Below are positions 57,178-64,000 of a stretch of DNA of 64,000 nt, one piece after another. The notes under the pieces are model-generated. The model saw only the letters and a program-made list of their open reading frames with translations. It searched no databases and was not told the DNA's origin. Source of the DNA: Eledone cirrhosa (lineage: Eukaryota); NCBI GenBank assembly GCA_964016885.1, contig OZ024745.1, forward strand, positions 2,542,001 to 2,606,000, given 5' to 3'. Numbering within the stretch: position 1 is the first letter of the stretch; every line of letters begins with the position of its first letter. Made by a program: the position numbers and the translations under genes.

Positions 57178-58088
57178 AATATGGTTTTATAAATATAGTT
57201 TCCATTTATTTAATATTGTATATATATATATATATATATATTTCTTTAGGTTTGTTGGTTCACCACTGGATAGAACTGGTCATTCCGTTTGGTGGCTTTT
57301 CCCGGCTGCGCGCTGGGCACTCGGAAAGTTCAGCCTTCCTTGAGTGCTCGGAAAAATAAATTTCTCCTCTTTCGGTAAATGAAATTACTCGGAGCGGGTT
57401 GCTTTGCCCCGGTCCCACCGCGCTGCCTGTTTTGGCCGCCACATTATACTTGTACAAACTCCAGGTTTGGGCATGACTATTAGCTGTGTCGTGCCTCTAC
57501 TGACACGTAAATAAACCCCTCATGTGTCATTTAATAGTATTCGTGGTATAGACGATGGCCTGTCGAAATTGTGAGTTCCCGCTAGCGATCCCGGGGCCAA
57601 AGTGAGCTAGAGTAGTCGGAAAAATTAATTTCCATTTCTTTCGCTGGACGATACCACTCGAGACTGGCTGACTCACGGTGGTGGGTGTGCTGGCTGGGAC
57701 TCCCAATCGAAATCTTTACTCTATATCCCATCCTAATATCTAAAAAAATGTTTTTCATATAAGACTCTCTCCGTAAGTTCGTTAAATAAATAAATCTCGC
57801 CACCTCTATTTTTTTAATTTACCATTTTGCAATTTAATATTTTTAATTTAATTTATTTTATCCTATAACTCGCAACATAAGTTTAACGTTCCAATCTTCG
57901 GTTCACACATTAGACCATACAGACACCCATTATAGATTCTTTGGGTAGCATTTTTTCGCGGCATTTTCTAACATGAATGTAGTTTGACCCTTACACTACA
58001 CTTCTTTCTCCCTTTCTTTCTTTCTTCCCCTTCTTCTTTGACGGAGTGGTGATAGCGCATTGTAAGCCTTCGCCCCCTCACCAGATAT

Positions 58089-58310
58089 TCATTGGTAGTT
58101 TTCAGTTGCCAACACTTTGAGGGCGGCTGGCTGAGAAGGTAGTTGGTCGGCCGTCCCCTCTGTCTCTGATTTTTCGGACCCATGGCTTTTTACATATTCC
58201 TTTGTTATATTCCAACACCTGATGATATCACCGGATTCATATGGAACCCGGTCATTGAAATGATCATAGTATAATAAACCTTTCAAGGATTTACACCAGT
58301 CCAGCCTCCT
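58089..58310 (-). pseudogene. Possible 3' terminal fragment of an L1/Tx1-type LINE ORF2, truncated at a (TA)n tract
   Basis: The frame reads RRLDWCKSLKGLLYYDHFNDRVPYESGDIIRCWNITKEYV. The W..L..LL..D/E...W....EY spacing recalls L1/Tx1 ORF2 C-termini, and an A-rich tail follows on the minus strand (~57810-57860). This is pattern recall only. Confidence 0.25.
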
Positions 58311-58322
58311 GTTATTTCATTT

Positions 58323-58359
<37 letters not shown>

Positions 58360-58580
58360 TTAAACTCATGCCATGGTTTCACAACAGGGATCCGAAGGGA
58401 GGTACGGTTTTATCGGGGGGGGGGGGGGTAATACTCCAGGCCCCTAATGTCTAAATATGGCCGTGTCTAAAGGGACAATTGTTACGTGATGTGTGACGTC
58501 AGCCGGACAAAATGGTTTCTGTAAATCAAGAGATGTTAAGGTTAATGTCAAACGGTGTCTCCCTAAAGCAACGATATCAG

Positions 58581-58788
58581 CTGTGTGAGTGTGTGTACGT
58601 GGGTGTACATGTGTGTGTGAGTGCATGGTTGTGTGTGTACGTGTGAGTGTGTGGTTATGTGTGTGTACATGTATGTGTTTGTGTGTGTATGTACGTGTGT
58701 GTGTATGTGTGATTGTCTGTGTGTATGTTTGTGTGTGTGTGTGTGTGTGTGCGTACGTGTGTGTGTAGATCTGTGTATACGCGTCTGT
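58581..58788. repeat. Degenerate (GT)n microsatellite
   Basis: Directly visible; it explains the HT/CV low-complexity ORFs. Confidence 0.95.
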
Positions 58789-59029
58789 GAAAATGCCAAC
58801 TACCTTGGTATCGGTGATAATCCATCTTATGTGATATCACGGACGTTATGTTATATAATATTACATGACATTATATAATATTATGACCTATTACTATATA
58901 TGATATCATATCTCATTTTTCATACAGACGACATAACCGATTACCTCGAGTAGTGTTTCTGGACTCGACGCCATTTCTACCGTTGTAGATGTGCTTAGTT
59001 ATGGCGTAAACAAACTAAAGCTTGATAAT

Positions 59030-59040
59030 ACACACACACA

Positions 59041-59098
<58 letters not shown>
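59030..59098. repeat. (CA)n microsatellite
   Basis: Directly visible. Confidence 0.97.
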
Positions 59099-59101
<3 letters not shown>

Positions 59102-59103
59102 TT

Positions 59104-59237
59104 TGCAAGAGATGTCAACATGAATGGACCTGTTATTTTTATCTAAAGATATTTTTTCCAATTCGAACCTGCCCGTCCCCTCAATCTATCTTATTTCTCA
59201 TTCTTTTTTCTGATGAAAGACTAGCGTTCGAAACGTT
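59104..59237 (+). repeat. Diverged third copy of the palindrome outer-arm sequence (cf. 55282-55413), ending in a degenerate minimal HHR (59210-59237)
   Basis: tgcaagagatgtcaacatgaatggacctgttatttttatctaaagata is shared. The copy ends CUGAUGA-A-AGAC(UAGC)GUUC-GAAACGUU. Confidence 0.85.
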
Positions 59238-59475
59238 ATGACCCTCTTCCTGCTATATCAAGCGTTAACCTAATATATCCCTTCCATATACTGTACTATT
59301 GAAACGTAACTTAACTACCGGCTCAACCCCGATCTAATCCGCCGTGACCTTTCTCCGAACTTTACACACCTTCCCACACTTGGTCTTTCCTTCCACGCAT
59401 TACCTCTGTTTGATTTTGTTACTGTACTTGTTTTTTTCCGTATAAGATTCTTTGCCTCCTTGTATTTTGATCATG

Positions 59476-59523
59476 CTTTATTTTTATTTTTATTTTTATT
59501 TTTATTTTTATTTTTTATTTTTT
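59476..59523. repeat. (TTTTTA)n simple repeat
   Basis: Directly visible. Confidence 0.9.
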
Positions 59524-59604
59524 CATTCGCACCGTTTCCTTTCGCTATATGTCTCTCCACCACTCCCCTACACACCCTTTGAACTCTGTTCCCACACACT
59601 TCCC

Positions 59605-59636
59605 ACCTGAGGAAGGGCTTATGCCCGAAACGTCGT
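59605..59636 (+). ncRNA. Minimal type I hammerhead of the Penelope-like pseudo-LTR type
   Basis: AC-CUGAGGA-A-GGGC(UUAU)GCCC-GAA-ACGU-C-GU, with palindromic ACGU stem III and GUC triplet. It lies in a pyrimidine-rich tract with AATAAA at 59673, followed by (TA)n. Confidence 0.8.
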
Positions 59637-59818
59637 CCCCCACCAACACCCCACTCTCCAGAGCGTGAAATTAATAAACATTTGTTGTACTGCCTCTCTG
59701 TTTTGTCCCTGTTCAAATTTTTCCATTATATATATATATATATATACATTATGAAGAGAGAAGAAACATTTAGATATAATTAGTAATAAAATGTATCATA
59801 CCTAAACTGTTCCTAAAT

Positions 59819-59906
59819 TCCTCGACTACGTAGTTTCGTGGCATAAACAAAAACAATATATCAAAGATATAGAGTCCTTGCGAGGTCTGCCGACTTATCA
59901 AGAGGA
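59819..59906 (-). ncRNA. Type I hammerhead with U3-A8 variant core and enlarged stem II loop (copy 1)
   Basis: Minus strand reads UCCUC-UUGAUAA-GUCGGCA...UGCCAC-GAA-ACUACGUAGU-C-GAGGA. Stem I is 5 bp, stem III is a perfect 10-nt palindrome, and the triplet is GUC (cut between 59824 and 59823). Confidence 0.8.
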
Positions 59907-60409
59907 TACCTCATTTTACTAGTCTCAAGAACGCGTCTACACGACGTGAGAAAGAATCCCAAAAGGCGGAGGGGGAGATAGTCACGCGATATAACGGTCG
60001 AGAAACAGAGCTAAGCCTCTTATAACCACGAAGAAAATACCACGGAGGCGGAGGGGGTATTCATATCGAGGCCGTAGAAGAGGTAGTGAAGAAGGCGAGA
60101 AGTATGAGTAATGGAAGCTTTCCAGTTGTCCCCACACTTCAAAGATTGCTCGACCAGAGGGAGTTATTAATATATTAAGAAACACACAGATACATGCGGA
60201 CACACACATATATACATGAATGCATCCGCACCCAACTGTGAGTTAAGGGTGCCAACTTCACCGATGTTGCTCAATGAATGACTGGGACAGACCAATTCAG
60301 TTTGAACCAGACTGAACCAGTATCAGAGTTAAAAATACATTATGAAGAGAGAAGAAACATTTAGATATAATTAGTAATAAAATGTATCATACCTAAACTG
60401 TTCCTAAAT

Positions 60410-60497
60410 TCCTCGACTACGTAGTTTCGTGGCATAAACAAAAACAATATATCAAAGATATAGAGTCCTTGCGAGGTCTGCCGACTTATCAAGAGGA
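60410..60497 (-). ncRNA. Type I hammerhead with U3-A8 variant core (copy 2)
   Basis: Same sequence as copy 1; predicted cut between 60415 and 60414. Confidence 0.8.
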
Positions 60498-60528
60498 TAC
60501 CTCATTTTACTAGTCTCAAGAACGCGTC

Positions 60529-60593
<65 letters not shown>

Positions 60594-60598
<5 letters not shown>

Positions 60599-60716
60599 AA
60601 AAGAGTCAGAAACCCGACGGCAGAGCTCAAGCCGTTTCGACAGCTATTTCTAGAGTCCAGAAATAGCTGTCGAAACGGCTTGAGCTCTGCCGTCGGGTTT
60701 CTGACTCTTTTCCTAT
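60594..60716. repeat. Perfect 58-bp inverted repeat with 7-nt spacer; each arm contains the 3' half of a hammerhead
   Basis: Arms are 60594-60651 and 60659-60716, with spacer agagtcc. GAA-ACGGC(UUGAGCUCU)GCCGU-C lies at 60672-60694. Confidence 0.9.
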
Positions 60717-61033
60717 TACCCACTCTAATACCCAAAGTATCGAGTACTTTGGTGCGTTATGGTCCACCTGGTTCCTTACCACACTTCCTTCGTTATATAT
60801 ATATTGATTGAAGGATAAGTATTTACCCTTGATTTTATTCTGAGTTAAGACTATTGGTTTTTTCCCCTGGATTACACAAAATCTGTGGATAAAATTTCTG
60901 TCTTGACTTTTTTTTAAATGAGATTGAATTATTTTCCCATATCTTACGTTAAATATTTTCCATCTTGACGTAATAATCACTTATATGTCTGAATTACTGT
61001 TGGCTTCTTGCTCACATTAATTTCTCTATTTTC

Positions 61034-61037
<4 letters not shown>

Positions 61038-61090
<53 letters not shown>
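61038..61090. repeat. (TA)n microsatellite
   Basis: Directly visible. Confidence 0.95.
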
Positions 61091-61091
<1 letters not shown>

Positions 61092-61529
61092 GATGAATCA
61101 ATGAAAATATATGAAATAAATTTGTATATAATTTATATATAAATAAATGTTGACGGTGAAATGTTAACTAAACAATGATTATTATAGGGTTAGGTAAGAT
61201 TTGGATATATTTACACGTAAATAACTATTACGTAAATATCAGGCCACGTGATTGCTGCGATCGAATGAAAAAAATCCTGTAAAAGATGAAGGAAAAAAGC
61301 ATGAAGTGATCACAATTAACAAGGGAGTGATCTGAAAGGTTCAATAAACTTCTTTGAACATTTCTACGGTTTAGGGTCGATAATAAAATCCAGCTATAAA
61401 ATCGAAAAGCCGTAGAGAAATAAAGCGAAATCACATTAATCAAATGTTTTTTGACCCCTTTCACGTTTCTGTGAAGTGAGGGAGAAACAGAGTCATAGTC
61501 ATAACTATTTAGGGGGTTCCTACAATACT

Positions 61530-62200
61530 AAGGGGTGAGGAGAAGAGAGAGATGGGGGGGTAGGAGGTTTGAGGGGAGGGGTAGGAGAGAGGTGAGGGAG
61601 ATGGGGAGGTGTGAGATAGGAGGGTTGAGGGGAGGTAGGAGAGAGGTGGGGGAGATGGGGGAGGTGTGAGATAGAAGGGTTGAGGGGGTAGGAGAGAGGT
61701 GGGGGAGGTGTTATATAGGTGGTTGGGGGGTAGGAGAGAGGGGGCAGAGATGTGGGAGGTGTGAGATAGGAGGTTTGAGGGGGGTAGGAGGGTTGAGGGG
61801 GGTAGGAGAGAGGTGAGGGATGGGGAGGTGTGAGATAGGAGGGTTGAGGGGAGGTAGGAGAGAGGAGGTGGGGAGATGGGGAGGGGGGAGGAGAGAGGGA
61901 GATGAAAGAGAGATAGGAAGGATGGGAGGGAGAAGAGAGGAGAGACGGGGAAAGGAGAGATGGGAGAGATAAAAGAGAGCAGAGAGGAGAAGGAAAGGTG
62001 AGAGATGGGTAAAAGGAGAAAGATGTGGAGAGGTGGGAGAGAGATGAGAAGGAGAAGGGAGAATGGAGAGAGATTTAAGAGGGGGAGAGAAGAGATTGGA
62101 GAGATAAGAGAGAGGAGAGTGAAAGTGTGGCAGAGTGAGAGGGTGAAAGGGTGAAGGAGTGAGAGAGTGAAAGAGTGAGAGAGTGAGAGAGTGTATGTGT
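61530..62200 (+). repeat. G/A-rich low-complexity tract with a degenerate ~50-bp minisatellite (ggggtaggagagaggtgggggagatgggggaggtgtgagataggagggttga)
   Basis: The + strand is almost free of C, with repeated G-runs at 61550-61890. Confidence 0.85.
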
Positions 62201-62233
62201 GAATGAGAGATAAATGGAATTGGTGAATGGTAT

Positions 62234-63746
62234 TGGAAGAGAAAGAAGAAATAAGGGAGAAACTATGGAAGAGAAAGAAGAAATAAGGGAGAAACTATGG
62301 AAGAGAAAGAAGAAATAAGGGAGAAACTATGGAAGAGAAAGCAGAAATAAGGGAGAAACTATGGAAGAGAAAGAAGAAATAAGGGAGAAACTATGGAAGA
62401 GAAAGAAGAAATAAGGGAGAAACTATGGAAGAGAAAGCAGAAATAAGGGAGAAACTATAGAAGAGAAAGAAGAAATAAGGGAGAAACTATGGAAGAGAAA
62501 GCAGAAATAAGGGAGAAACTATGGAAGAGAAAGAAGAAATAAGGGAGAAACTATGGAAGAGAAAGCAGAAATAAGGGAGAAACTATGGAAGAGAAAGAAG
62601 AAATAAGGGAGAAACTAAGGAAGAGAAAGAATAAATAAGGGAGAAACTATGGAAGAGAAAGCAGAAATAAGGGAGAAACTATAGAAGAGAAAGAAGAAAT
62701 AAGGGAGAAACTATGGAAGAGAAAGAAGAAATAAGGGAGAAACTATGGAAGAGAAAGAAGAAATAAGGGAGAGACTATGGAAGAGAAAGAAGAAATAAGG
62801 GAGAAACTATGGAAGAGAAAGAAAAAATAAAGGAGAAACTATGGAAGAGAAAGAAGAAATAAGGGAGAAACTATGGAAGAGAAAGAATAAATAAGAGAGA
62901 AACTATGGAAGAGAAAGAATAAATAAGGGAGAAACTATGGAAGGGAAAGAAGAAATAAGGGAGAAACTATGGAAGAGAAAGAAGAAATAAGGGAGAAACT
63001 ATGGAAGAGAAAGAAGAAATAAGAGAGAAACTATGGAAGAGAAAGAAGAAATAAGGGAGAAACTATGGAAGAGAAAGAATAAATAAGGGAGAAACTATGG
63101 AAGAGAAAGAATAAATAAGGAAGAAACTATGGAAGAGAAAGAAGAAATAAGGGAGAAACTATGGAAGAGAAAGAAGAAATAAGGGAGAAACTATGGAAGA
63201 GAAAGAATAAATAAGGGAGAAACTATGGAAGAGAAAGCAGAAATAAGGGAGAAACTATGGAAGAGAAAGAAGAAATAAGGGAGAAACTATGGAAGAGAAA
63301 GAAAAAATAAAGGAGAAACTATGGAAGAGAAAGAATAAATAAGGGAGAAACTATGGAAGAGAAAGAATAAATAAGGGAGAAACTATGGAAGAGAAAGAAG
63401 AAATAAGGGAGAAACTATGGAAGAGAAAGAAGAAATAAGGGAGAAACTATGGAGGAGAAAGAAAAAATAAAGGAGAAACTATGGAAGAGAAAGAAGAAAT
63501 AAGGGAGAAACTATGGAAGAGAAAGAATAAATAAGGGAGAAACTATGGAAGAGAAAGAAGAAATAAGGGAGAAACTATGGAAGAGAAAGAAGAAATAAGG
63601 GAGAAACTATGGAAGAGAAAGAAGAAATAAGGGAGAAACTATGAAGGAGAAAGAAGAAATAAGGGAGAAACTATGGAAGAGAAATAAGAAATAAGGGAGA
63701 AACTATGGAAGAGAAAGAAGAAATGAGGGAGAAACTATGGAAGAGA
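62234..63746. repeat. 32-bp minisatellite (GGAAGAGAAAGAAGAAATAAGGGAGAAACTAT), ~47 copies
   Basis: Directly visible; variants include gcag and gaat. Confidence 0.98.
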
Positions 63747-63849
63747 CACAATTCTTGACTTGAAGCTTAAACAAATATTTTTTCAATTACAAATGAAATT
63801 CTGAATAAGGATTCGGATTTCAACATCAACAAATGATAAAACCTTTGTC

Positions 63850-63893
<44 letters not shown>

Positions 63894-63967
63894 CTGTGTA
63901 TGCATGCATGTATTATGTGTGTATGCATGTATGTGTGTATGCATGTATGTATGTAAATATGTTTATT

Positions 63968-64000
<33 letters not shown>
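63850..64000. repeat. Compound (TA)n/(TG)n/(TATG)n microsatellite
   Basis: Directly visible. Confidence 0.95.

Larger units (their letters stand above)
55829..57220. mobile_element. ~1.4-kb element with ~310-bp inverted arms (55829-56135 and 56905-57220) around a ~770-bp AT-rich spacer; each arm carries an HHR
   Basis: tacaatattaaataaatggaaac... is the reverse complement of ...gtttccatttatttaatattgta. The arms differ by a short indel in a pyrimidine tract and at the HHR core. The right end abuts (TA)n. Confidence 0.8.
59744..60532 (-). mobile_element. 789-bp non-coding element with apparently identical 198-bp direct repeats (59744-59941 and 60335-60532), each containing an HHR, flanked on both sides by (TA)n; retrozyme-like or non-autonomous PLE-like
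   Basis: The direct repeat offset is 591 bp (ctcgactacg at 59821/60412). The unique core is 393 bp. (TA)n tracts lie at ~59727-59746 and ~60532-60596. Confidence 0.8.

Noticed and set aside
57405-57430. Twister ribozyme (ccggtccca)
   Set aside because: It lacks the following AGCCC and the UAA/pseudoknot partners.
58444-58878. His/Thr- and Cys/Val-rich ORFs
   Set aside because: These are translations of the degenerate (GT)n microsatellite.
60230-60300. GIY-YIG C-terminal remnant on the minus strand (..GTLNSQLG)
   Set aside because: The match is too short and needs a frameshift or stop to extend; it cannot be supported without an HMM search.
59744-60532. Canonical LTR retrotransposon or TRIM
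   Set aside because: No clear TG...CA termini, tRNA primer-binding site or polypurine tract is adjacent to the repeats.
60502-61464. 77-, 117- and 78-aa minus-strand ORFs
   Set aside because: They run through (TA)n, the foldback or AT-rich DNA, and no motif is recognisable.

Overview
Eukaryotic, microsatellite-rich and probably invertebrate DNA with no credible intact protein-coding gene. Positions 1-54443 are one satellite array built from a 26-bp monomer (GGAGAGGGCTCTACCTCTACATATTA) and a 20-bp variant lacking one CTCTAC. It contains nested kilobase-scale duplications with offsets of about 3.3 kb, 8230 bp, 2668 bp and 7071 bp. The last ~9.5 kb is a patchwork of microsatellites, large inverted repeats, a direct-repeat element and a 32-bp minisatellite. 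Reading both strands by eye, 54.5-60.7 kb holds about ten type I hammerhead-ribozyme (HHR) motifs from about six unrelated families. Almost all have a palindromic stem III and lie in inverted or direct repeats, as expected for Penelope-like element pseudo-LTRs or retrozymes. The main finding is a 789-bp non-coding element with 198-bp direct repeats, each carrying an HHR with a compensatory U3-A8 core, which predicts a 591-nt self-excised RNA. All folds were derived by hand; no searches or folding programs were run.
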